This document shows, piece after piece, positions 40,699-52,198 of a stretch of 64,000 nucleotides of DNA. Location: the NCBI RefSeq assembly GCF_000485595.1, contig NW_014577071.1, positions 548,551 through 612,550 on the forward strand. The letters run 5' to 3'. The position numbers and the translations under genes are program-made. The stretch comes from Priapulus caudatus (taxonomy: Eukaryota). How positions within the stretch are numbered: position 1 is the stretch's first letter; every line of letters begins with the position of its first letter. The notes beneath the pieces were generated by a model that made no database searches, was not told where the DNA came from, and saw only the letters and a program-made list of their open reading frames with translations.

Positions 40699-42792
40699 GT
40701 AAGTGACAACAACAACGTAGTCATATCTAATTGGTACGAGATCTCGCGAGAGATCTCACGGCGACGTCACCGGTGGAGACACGCGCTCACGCGGATTTCA
40801 CGGCTAATATGAAATACAGAAACGGCGATGGAGGCGCGCATAACATAAGCCCCACAATTTCTACTAATGCGATTTTCATGTTGTTTAACGCGAAGACGCT
40901 CTCGCGAGAGTCTTGTGAGCTGCGGCTGTCATGTGTTATCTTTACGCTTGACATGTTTAGTCAACCTTTGGTGGCCGTCGGATCGTTTCTCAATTGCTTG
41001 CGTTATCCTGGGGGAGGGAGGCCGATGCCTACATGCGTGCGTGCGCCGCAGCGAGTATCGTAGATAGTATACATACATTTTGCGAGAAAATACATTCGGA
41101 CGGGTTTATCTTTGTATAAGCGCTGGTTGCGCGTTGCCGCTGGGTATATGTCGCGCTGTTGTAAATTTAACTGATATGTTGAATTGTTTGCTTATACGTC
41201 TGCTAAAAAACGGACCCTCGGGTAAAGAATCTTTTACACTGCAATGGGAGCGAGGCAGGTACGCAGTGCGGATGCCAGAAGCGCTCAGACGTGAGTCGAA
41301 ACACATGCGATATGTGTTCACCGAGACGCTTACGTCTTTTTCTCGTATACGGGAATGACATATATACTATACATGGGATACAGCGGATACGAAATTTTGC
41401 CGGGAAATATGATGGATCGCAAAAAATCAAGAATAGACGCGGCGCAAATAAAATAAACATTGGTTGGCTATACTTCCAGAATGATTTCGCGGCAAATTTT
41501 TCTTCGCAACGTTAGAATAATAGTGTGGATCTCGTTTGCGTAATATAACACGAGGACGTTGGCGGCACACTTGTGTTTATGAAACAAGAAGAATTTCGGT
41601 TGCTACGGCAACGATGGCTATCGAAAAAATACATAGCAACAGTTTTTTTGAGTGGTCGAAGCGGACAAAAGAGATAAACAAAGAGAAAGGGGGAAACAAG
41701 TGAAAGGACGCCCCCGCATAGCGATTTTAAATGATTCCTGCCTACTAATGTATGATAGACAGCTAAGCTTAAAAATCGATATTACAAACAACGTATTATT
41801 TCGAGCCGCGCAATCCGTCTCTTACACATGGTTTAAAGACGCACGTCTCGTTTGGCACCGCATGCCAAATGGAAATTGGGAATAGGTTGCCATGGCAACA
41901 ATAACTACATTAACAGAACCAAAGCTATATCTCGCAGGAATTCGCGCTACTCCAAACTGTGCGAAACATCGATATGAGTAGTGAATATCGAGAGATAATA
42001 GTAGGCAGTTCGGCGGCAGTTCAGTGTTATACCCAGAGTTAACGCCACCAGAGTTAACCCCGGGATAACCTCTAACATCCTGTTCCTGTTGTCAGAGTTA
42101 TCGTTGGGGGGCAGTCTGTATGGCTTCAAGACTTATTCACTCGAGTATCATCGAAGTAACCAACTCGCTGAGCCACACTCTGTGTGTGCTGCCAAGTTAC
42201 CGCGCATGTACACGTGGTGTTTTAGCGTTTTGTGATGCCTTATCAAGCTGTTAATTGCGTAGCCATACTCTATACAGAATATATAGTCCTTCTCTTGTTA
42301 GTTCGGCGCTTTAAACTGGCGAAAGAATGTGTTTGTCGACAGAATGTTATGATTAAAAATGCGATCGAAGTCCGAGTCAAATCGTAGTCTGTCACTGCTC
42401 CGGTGCAATGCACTTCGTCTAGGTTTTCTTGTGTCGATGCTTGATATAGAAATAGGTTATAAAGCTATAGGGTGAGTCTAACAAGCCCACAATGTAAAGC
42501 TAACCGCTATGAAAGCACTGACACGTGTCACAGAAACAATAACCACACAGTAACTGTGCCGAGGCTCTATGGCCCAGGATAACAAAAAGAACTATACGTT
42601 ATAGGGATATATAAATCGGCATTAGGTATTGGTATACACGTTCCGATAACGGTTTATAATATGTCACAATCGCCAGTGTAAAACCAACTGATGTATTAAA
42701 TCGACTATTTTCCAGACGTTTTGCGCATTTTATGTTTATAACTAAAATGAATAAAAAAAAGATAATTTTAAACTAAAAACATTAAATTTCAG

Positions 42793-42930
42793 ATGGCTAC
42801 ACGATGAGCGATGTGGAAATATTTTGGAAACGCAAGAAGGACTCGGTCAAGGGCGTAATGAACGTTAAGCTACCGCAGTTCGACATAATGGCATTTGACA
42901 CACAAGTGACCATAGAGAGCTTATCAACAG
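42793..42930 (+). CDS. Lcch3: LCCH3-like subunit exon (138 bp; loop B end, loop F, loop C start)
   Basis: tttcAG|ATGGC...ACAG|GTAGGC; (Y)GYTMSDVEIFWKRKKDSVKGVMNVKLPQFDIMAFDTQVTIESLST(G). Confidence 0.94.
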
Positions 42931-43539
42931 GTAGGCCTATAGATATCACCAACCCCCCGCCTGTTCGCACATACGAAAAACGCACGCGCGCACTGAACGC
43001 ACGTAAAATTTCGGCACTATTTGGCTACCCGAAATGCGAAGCAGGCATTGCATAATGGAAACAGCCAATTACAAATCTTTATCAATTTCCTCTGACACAA
43101 TCTATCCACCGCGGTCTCCCATTGCTAGTGTTTTTTCTTCCCTGTAAGGTACTTATGAGTAATTGGCGCTGTTTAAAAGTGACCCATAGAGGTCAATACT
43201 TATAATACGGGGGGAAAAACAGCAGGTCAAGAGTTTACCTCGAGTTCACGGTAATTGCGAGTTAATTCATTAGCCGAGTTTACGTTGTAGCAGATTAAAC
43301 GCAATTCATTAATTAGTGCACGGGGCGTAGCGGTGAGAGAGGTGGATGGCGTGTCAGCATTGCGCTGATGGCTACATGATATACGGTTCACTAGGCCGAA
43401 TCCTGATTATTAGCTCGAACACGATCGCAATGGGATGTTGGTTACACTATTGAATTACATTGAACATACATTAGGGCGGAGTGATCGCGTGCTTACGCAC
43501 GCACTCACGAGCGCACGCGTGCACACGGGTACACGCACG

Positions 43540-43952
<413 letters not shown>

Positions 43953-44065
43953 AAAACAAGACGGTCTGTATAACGGAGTCATTATTTTTGAGTCAGTCAA
44001 TTAATTTCTAAGCTACAATTTGTTGTGAGGGTGACGCAAATTTAGGAAAATTCACATTCTTTCAG

Positions 44066-44218
44066 GAGACTACAAACGGCTATCGTTGAGCTTCAAAATG
44101 GCGCGAAACATCGGCTATTTCATCTTCCAAACCTATCTTCCGTCGATCCTCATCGTCATGCTCTCATGGGTTTCGTTCTGGATCAACCACGAAGCGACTT
44201 CGGCAAGAGTTGCTCTCG
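44066..44218 (+). CDS. Lcch3: LCCH3-like subunit exon (153 bp; M1 and start of M2)
   Basis: ttcAG|GAGAC...CTCG|GTAAGC; (G)[50 protein letters not shown](G). Confidence 0.96.
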
Positions 44219-44451
44219 GTAAGCGCGTTAGCTTCAGCGTCCATGCACCATCTCATTACGAGAGACGCGTCACCTAATTAACATCCGATACGATAAAATG
44301 TTTGTTGACCATGAAAACAAATTTGCAATATATATATATACGTATATTATATATATATATATATATATATTTATATAGCCACAGACTGACACACACACGT
44401 CGACGTGGTTTCCCCGCGCGCGCATTGTGACGTATTTCCGCTTCCGCTTCG

Positions 44452-44484
44452 GGAATCAGGACCGTGTTTACGATGACTACAATC
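44452..44484 (+). pseudogene. Degenerate duplicate (pseudo-exon) of the start of the M2 exon
   Basis: GGA ATC AGG ACC GTG TTT ACG ATG ACT ACA ATC (GIRTVFTMTTI) versus the real GGT ATA ACG ACA GTG TTG ACG ATG ACT ACG ATC ([11 protein letters not shown]): 27/33 nt identical. Preceded by a pyrimidine tract ending CGG instead of CAG. Confidence 0.65.
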
Positions 44485-44529
44485 ATACAATCATGTTGTT
44501 TCACGTCGTTTCTATTGTCATCGTTGTCG

Positions 44530-44561
<32 letters not shown>

Positions 44562-44683
44562 GTCGTCGTCGTCGTCGTCGTCATCGTTGTTGTTGTTGTT
44601 GTTGTTGTTGTTGATGTTATCGTTGTAGAACTCGTCATTGTTCTGCGCGCTCACGACGCTGCTGCTGTTGTCGTCGTTACCAG

Positions 44684-44922
44684 GTATAACGACAGTGTTG
44701 ACGATGACTACGATCAGCACGGGCGTGCGATCGTCGCTGCCTCGCATCTCCTACGTCAAGGCGATCGACATCTACCTGGTCATGTGCTTCGTGTTCGTCT
44801 TCGCTGCACTGCTAGAGTACGCCGCCGTTAACTACACGTACTGGGGCGCGAGAGCGAAGAAGAAGGCGAAGAAGTACAAGGAGAATCACACGCCCGTGAA
44901 GTCGCCAGAGACCGTGTTCTCG
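44684..44922 (+). CDS. Lcch3: LCCH3-like subunit exon (239 bp; M2-M3)
   Basis: accAG|GTATA...TTCTCG|GTAAGG; (G)[60 protein letters not shown]..., which matches the LCCH3 M2-M3 sequence as I recall it. Confidence 0.96.
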
Positions 44923-45132
44923 GTAAGGTCCCCGCGTAGATGAACTGACTGCATAGGTCGTTGAGATCTCTCTGAGATGGCCGCTGGGGAATTCTGAAAT
45001 TAGCTTAGTCTATGCGACCGTAATTGTCGGATCGCGTTCCGCTCTCTTACGGTAGAGAAATCGTGGCATCGTTTCAAGAGCGTGCAATTAATCTGCAAGG
45101 TTATAAGAATGAAGCCCACTCATCAAGGTTAT

Positions 45133-45182
45133 ATCAGGTGTGTATAATAATAGACATTTTTCTATAATTATACACTCCTGAT
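45133..45182. mobile_element. Minimal palindromic element, family C
   Basis: ATCAGGTGTGTATAATAATAGA ... TCTATAATTATACACTCCTGAT: inverted arms matching the element at 55548-55780. Confidence 0.6.
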
Positions 45183-46060
45183 TATATGTACGCACGGTAA
45201 AAATAATTATCCCGCAGATAATTATCCCGGTTTAAATAGCCGGTTATAAAACAGAATAAAAAATGATTTCGCGTAGAATTGAGTTTTTTAGAGTTGAAAT
45301 TCAAAGTTAGTCATTATGGATATTAAACGTGAAATTCATTATTCCTCATTATAACTCATTGGAAATGGTTACGAATGATTGCGGTATCTATTCACGAATG
45401 CTCTAAGCAGCGCAGTTTAGTATGGACGTGTAAACCTCATTCACGCAAGCGATCGAGCCAAACAGATGAGCGAGGCGGCTGCTCGAAGCAAATCCTTCAA
45501 GGCCGGAGAGTACACAGCGGTGACGTCATGACTTAATGAGAATCCGATTTGATTTACATTTTCCATTCAATACGGTTTCGCCGCATCGCAAAATTGCCAG
45601 CGAGATAATGTCTTTATGCGTCGTCCCCTTTGGGTACGTCGCCCGCGCGCCGTTCTAATAACCACCACCGAGTCTGCTTACAATGCGAGCTTCAAATATT
45701 TGCCGAGAGGAAAATGTGGATTGTGAAAATTTCCGTCGGTCTCGCTGATTGTTTTGCTAAACATCGATGTATGTAATATGGAAGATCGGCAGCTCTGTCA
45801 GAGATTGTCTTCCCCAAACAGAGTCGGGTTGACACTGTACTGTTACTGTTTTCTACTTAAACAGAGCCTTCTATATATGAGCGTCTAGCTACTTTTTTAA
45901 TTATGATCATGAACACTATCCACAATAACACACTTTTATCGCGCAAAACTAACATACGCCCACCTATGCACACAAGGCCACCCCATTCGCACACACGCAC
46001 ACGCACCCACGCACACACACACGCACGCACGACCACGACACGAACAAAACGAACGCCACA

Positions 46061-46114
<54 letters not shown>

Positions 46115-46216
46115 ACACACACACACAGCACACACATAACACATAACACACACACACAACACACACACACACACACCACACCACACACACCACACACACA
46201 CGCACACACACACACA

Positions 46217-46278
<62 letters not shown>

Positions 46279-46555
46279 ACTCTTCAAAACTCCCATGCAC
46301 CATTACAACACTTTCTCCGGCACCCTCTCTCTCTCTCTTTCTCTCACGCTCACCCGAACGCACAATGAAAGACATGCATGCGTAAACACAGGCTCTTCAC
46401 ACGCACCACAACGGATGCACATTCACTCATATATACACGCACGCACGAGGTAATGCACGCACGCACGAGGCAATGCACGCACGCACGAGGCAACGCACGC
46501 ACGCACGAGGCAACGCACGCACGCACGATGTCACGCACGCACCCGTGCAAACATG

Positions 46556-46925
46556 AAACATGTTCTGCTTGCATCTATGACAAATACGACATACGCATAT
46601 ACGCTCTCCTATGACACTATTTGTCATAGGAAGAATCTTCCTATGACAAATACGACATACGCATATACGCTCTCCTATGACACTATTTGTCATAGAAAGA
46701 TTCTTCCTATGACAAATATTGGCGAGTCAACTTTGTACCGCTTAAATTTTTTTTTACAGCTGAAATTCACTTCTTGCGTTTATAATAGCGCTCCTAAACT
46801 CTTATGATGCGCACAACACATACAACAATATTTGTCATAGGAAGAATCTTCCTATGACAAATAGTGTCATAGGAGAGCGTTTATGCGTATTTCGTATTTG
46901 TCATAGATGCTAGCAGAACAGGCTG
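46556..46925. mobile_element. MITE family A, copy 2, with a 66-bp tandem duplication in the left TIR
   Basis: Same TIRs and interior (GGCGAGTCAACTT...CAGCTGAAATTCAC...ATAATAGCGCTCCTAAACTC) as 743-1035; 46575-46640 is repeated at 46641-46706. Confidence 0.88.
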
Positions 46926-47760
46926 AAACAATCGACGCGTTTTCTCGACCTTGAATATAAACCAACATTTAATTTCAACACATTTCTGGAATTCCTGAAG
47001 CGCGCGCATATTTTATGACAACACACGTTTATATCACAATAATTCTGCTAGCTCGCAACGGATCAAATCGAGCACACGTTGAAAATAACTTAATTCTGTT
47101 TCATTTATTCATGTTCTGTTCGCATTCAATGCCAACCTAGCCCTAAACGCAAGGTAACGCGTAAATAAAGTTGTCTGATGAACCATGTTTCTACAATTGT
47201 AGCTCCGGTATAACTACCGATTCTATAAATAATTGTATTCTATATCTATACCCTATTTACGGAATATGTCTGCATCATATTTCCACGCAGAATGCAATCT
47301 ATATCGAAAATCTCTCGATCCAGGGCAAATTTGCAATATATAATACTTCAAATATAATAAATTCGTTTCGGGAAATATTTATATTTATAATTTAGTCATT
47401 GAAGCTCGATCGTATCAGAACATTTTTTTATATATATTACATAATAATAAAAGATTAGTGCATAATAAAAGCTTCTTTTTGTAAAAAATATATACCACCC
47501 ACCGTATAGTTCAAAAGAAAGCGTTTACATCTACATATCGTTGAAATTATACGACATTATATATTAACATAATAATATAACGGCCACCCTCAACATTAAT
47601 TTTACGATACACGCGCCCTGGCTGCTAACGCCAGCTTTATCAGCTTTATCAGTTTAATATAGAGTTTACTTCATATAGTGGTTTGCCACAACCCGTGCCA
47701 CGATACAGCGCAAGGCGTCTCAGAGATCAGTATTGAATTTGTACGTTGCTTTTATTACAG

Positions 47761-48090
47761 AACGAAGGCGAGACGGACGAACTCCGCATGTCACCTATTC
47801 TCAGCCTGCGAAATCGACAAAATAAGTACTCTGATGCAGACCGAATGACCCCTGCTTTTCGAATGACGAGCCCGGGTCATCGCTATGGTTACGTCGGTCG
47901 ACCGAATCAGAAGCGACCTCAGCAACGTCGGAAAGTTCTCCAGAATTTGAAGAGCAGAGCGAGGCAAATAAGGATGGCACTTCCAAAAATAAGGGACGTG
48001 AATATCATCGACAAGTACTCGCGGCTTGTGTTCCCGACGGCGTTCATTATCTTCAACGCCATCTACTGGTGCTATTACTTGTTCATATGA
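47761..48090 (+). CDS. Lcch3: LCCH3-like subunit terminal coding exon (M3-M4 loop, M4, stop)
   Basis: ttttattacAG|AACGAA; phase 0 matches the upstream donor; ...LPKIRDVNIIDKYSRLVFPTAFIIFNAIYWCYYLFI* with TGA at 48088-48090. Extra small loop exons in 44923-47760 cannot be excluded. Confidence 0.92.
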   Translation, partial: NEGETDELRMSPILSLRNRQNKYSDADRMTPAFRMTSPGHRYGYVGRPNQKRPQQRRKVLQNLKSRARQIRMALPKIRDVNIIDKYSRLVFPTAFIIFNAIYWCYYLFI

Positions 48091-49561
48091 CAATGGACGC
48101 TGGGAGAGACAGACGTGTGTGCGTGCGTGCGTGCGTGTGCGTGTGTATGTGTGTGTACTAAGCGCGTTAAACGTCACGACAAGTTACGCACTTTTACCGT
48201 ACGCCTAGAAAATGACGTTTTTTTGTAATAATTCACTACGGGATAACTCGTTCGATCGCTATCTTCGCCCGCGTATGCATTAAGTGATAGGGAGCAACTA
48301 GAAATATGAAGGAATCGATATACCACAAGTACGAGGAAAGTCAACGAAGGTCAACCAATGACTTGTACGATGTGTGAATTATCACGTCGCCGCGGTTTTT
48401 AATTTCAAAGCGAGCGATTTACTTGCGACATATTTACTAAATTTGCAGTTTAATAATGAACAACTTATCGTTGTATACATAAATAGCAATTAATTTCGCA
48501 TGCAATCAAGCTACTGTGTTTTGTGATACGCCGCGGTGTTGATCAGGTACGACGAGAAATTACTATCAGATTTCTGCTAGGCGCGAATTACTGTTGAAAT
48601 GCTGGCAGATAATTGCTAACACCTTCAAGTTTGAAAATGATGTCAATTAGAAGGCGAGACAGCGACCGCTACCGCGCCAGAATCTTGCCAAAGGACGATG
48701 TAAATAAATCAAGTTGAACCCGAGATTTAATTTTCATTAAATCCGTTTATGTTTTCTACGGGTGATTTACGGCGTGGGGAAACGTGCGCGCAAGCTCACA
48801 CTCGAAACGAACGTGCCTCACGCTACGATAATGCGTGGTTATCGAATGCATTTTTGTGCATATTTGCGATAAATGGACTGCCTATATTCAACATGTAAAA
48901 GATCGATACACATGCTGTATAGGCTGTTAACCATTTTTTGCGTTCACTTCAAAGCGGGCGGGTATACTACTAAATCTAGTTGACGCTACGTTAATGCTGA
49001 CTGGAAAAGGGGGGAACTCTGACAGGATGGAAGTAATGCGTTGGTTGCGTGCGCGATCAAAATGTAATAGGCGTGAAAGGCGCCGGCGTTAAATATTTGC
49101 TACTTCTTTGTTACTCGTGTTCCTTTGTGTTGAGGATTACTGGTATGTGCCGTCGCACTCGTAATGACTGGGCGAATGACGTTGTTGCGATTACATCGTT
49201 TGGTGAGTGTGGATAGACAGAGAGCGCATGTGTAAGTATGGAAACGAGATCTAGGCTTACACATCTCTCGGTGTTCGGCGGCAGATTGTGTCCACTACAA
49301 ATATTGAGTGAAATTGTTTCGCTTGCTACGGCTGCAAGCGCGCAGATTTCGTTATTATCTACTATATACATTTGTATAAAAACGATTCAATTGTTATTTA
49401 CAAGTATGAAGAATGTTAGTAAATAAAAACAACAACAATAATAATCAGTATCGTTATGTAAATCTCTGCAAATAATTATCATCGCGCCACAAACTTTCTA
49501 TCACCTCTCTTCGCGTTGAGATTATGAACGCGACGATGAGCGTATATTTATGTTTAGTTTT

Positions 49562-49770
49562 GGAGCCCGTTTTCAGAAACAAAATTAGTCTTAACGTTAG
49601 TCTTAACACTTACATTTTTTTTCGTTGACCGTCGACAGCGTTTTGTTTCGTATTGTTATCAGGAAAGCTGCTACGATTTTTCATTCAGGTAACGTCGCAG
49701 CGTTTCTGTCGACGGTCTAAGAGAAAAAAGTCAATGTTAAGATTAATGTTGTTTCTGACAACGGGTCTCT
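49562..49770. mobile_element. MITE-like foldback element, family D
   Basis: GAGCCCGTTTTCAGAAACAAAATTAGTCTTAAC ... GTTAAGATTAATGTTGTTTCTGACAACGGGTCTC, plus inner arms GACCGTCGACAG / CTGTCGACGGTC. Confidence 0.7.
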
Positions 49771-51504
49771 GAGTTACAGACAAATCTATAAAAACCGGGT
49801 TTTATGCGAAGAAACGCTAGGTTTGATTGCGTTGAGGCGTGATTTGAAACACCAATTACATGCAAAATATCGAACAAATGAACCTAGTTTGCAAACCACC
49901 CCTCGTTCTCACCGGCCTCCCCCAGGCACCAGTCTCAAGGCATATATATTTCTTCAACTGTTTCACATTCGTACACCATTTCCTCACTCTAAATTCATAA
50001 TATTGACATTAATATTCTACGTTCTCGTAAAATAATAACAGAAGTTTATTCGTTCCGGATAATCGCACGTGGGTAGTTTGATAGGGACATTTCGCACGCA
50101 GGGCAGTTTACCGTTACGTATCAAAACCTACAACCTTGAGACCAATTGTTTCGCTGCATATAGGTTGTAACGTATAAAAAAACAACGGTGTACCCTGTAG
50201 ACCAAAACGCACCAGAAAGAATAGTAGGATTACTAGTAAATTTTCATTTACTTCCCGATTTCTAATGATTACAATATATTCCATATTCATGCACATACAG
50301 CGTGATAAAACAAAATGATACAACACGATACAATATGAAACAATAACACAGTCCTATCGTTATTGAACATTCGAAAGCGATTGTATAATACCAGCATAGC
50401 GCAACATTCAAATCGGTTCCTAACATGGTAATGCAAGCTCAGTAAAACTATATAATTGCGAAGAGTAGTCATCAAGTGAACGTTTGACACACTCAAAAGT
50501 ATGTGCTAATATATTATTGATTTCTTTTGCAAAAAATATTAAAAAACCCCGATGGATGAAACTAACTGCGTTTCATAATAACAATACAATTTTACATTCA
50601 ATCCCTCAATATAAAAGTCCGCTGTTAACATCAATAGTGAATTAACCGCTACAGGATGTCACAAATTAATAACATATTAGCCATCACCACTTATTTACTA
50701 CGTAACTCTACGTCTTCAAATTCATTTTCCCTGGAGCACCAATCTACCAATGATAAGTGTACAGCGACCTCTAGTGAGAACTGACGTTCCGTCCACACAC
50801 TATTTAAGTGGAATTCACCAATAGATGGCGTCCATAAGCAGCAAGCTTGAATTAGTATGGCGCAAATTTATTGAAAATACTTAAAAAGTTGCAGTGCATG
50901 CACAACAAGGCAAAAAAGTCAAAACCGGTTGGTGTTGACTAGACGCAGAGCTATTACAGAATATAAATAATTTTATCTCACAATTTTATCTCACAATTTT
51001 ATCTCACAATTTTATCACACACTCATTAAATATGATCAGGCCACTGTAGAACTTCTACGGACGAATAAATATACCGCGATTTGTTCTCATAACTAATATA
51101 TGGAATTGTTTGTGTACATGTTTAATATTTGTGTTTTTCTTTTTTTTTTAGATATAAAATTATGTCGGTTTGGAGCGACTACTAAGTATTGATAATATGT
51201 AAACGTGACTCGGCAATTATAATAATAGCACGCGATAAAAGATCAGATATGAATAAAGAATTGTAAAGTAACAGACGATATAGCGCACAATAGTTTACGT
51301 CGCTGTATTTAAAAAACATTATAGATCATCGATCGCATCACAGCTATGAACCGGCTTCATCAATTTCCTCGTGATGATATGCGTGTTAACTTTGTGATTT
51401 ATTCGCCCCATAGGTGTCGCTGCATGGTCTTGCCGGTACGCGCTTTCAACGCGATGGGTTTTACGGGGGTGGCCTATCTTGAATTTGTATTATGTATGAA
51501 TGTA

Positions 51505-52198
51505 CTAGCTGGTACCCGGCGTTGCTCGGAAAAAAACGCGTAGAAACAACTTTTAGAGCAAATTCAGCCACATATATTTACTTGATTCTAATTGATTTGT
51601 AAGATTTAATGTAATTGCCGTCTATGGCATATCAAAAGCCGTATAAAAGTTATACTTAATGCACCTTCTATCTATACTTCACCTGCTGAATGCCTGAAAA
51701 TGACAGTAAAGAATATACCAAGTTGTAAAGAGTACTTACATATTATATTAACTGCGTATACAGTACTTATGCAGTAAACAGCGTATACAGTACTTATGCA
51801 GTAAACAGCGTACACAGTATACACGCAGTTGACAGTGCTTCACCAGCACTCTCAAATGGACAACTGACTCGCTGACAATCGAGAAACACCAGCTAACGGC
51901 TGAGATCAAAGACGAAGCCATTTTTGGCGTAACGCACTGCCGATGCACGTACACAGGCGCTATCGCAGAACATGAGATGCAGAATCCCAACATACATTGC
52001 GCGTTACGATAACAACCGCCATGTTTAACAACATACTTGTAATATATTACTTGCATTAAAATATTAGTTTTTAGTGTAGACTTTTAAATGTGCTTACTAC
52101 ACCAACAGGGTGATAAACTAACAGCGTGGCAAGTTTGGGAGTCCGAAATCAATAAATGGCGGAATGCCTAGACAAAGTTCGTTTTTTTGTAGTATAAA
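51505..52198 (-). mobile_element. Non-autonomous Helitron-like element
   Basis: Minus strand starts A|TTTATACTAC (a variant of the TC start) and ends CCGAGCAACGCCGGGTACCAGCTAG|T: subterminal GC hairpin, CTAG 3' end, A|T insertion site, no TSD. Confidence 0.7.

Noticed and set aside
44427..44831. 134-aa poly-V ORF and the 157-aa antisense ORF
   Set aside because: Alternative frames of the (GTC)n/(GTT)n tract and of the M2-M3 exon.
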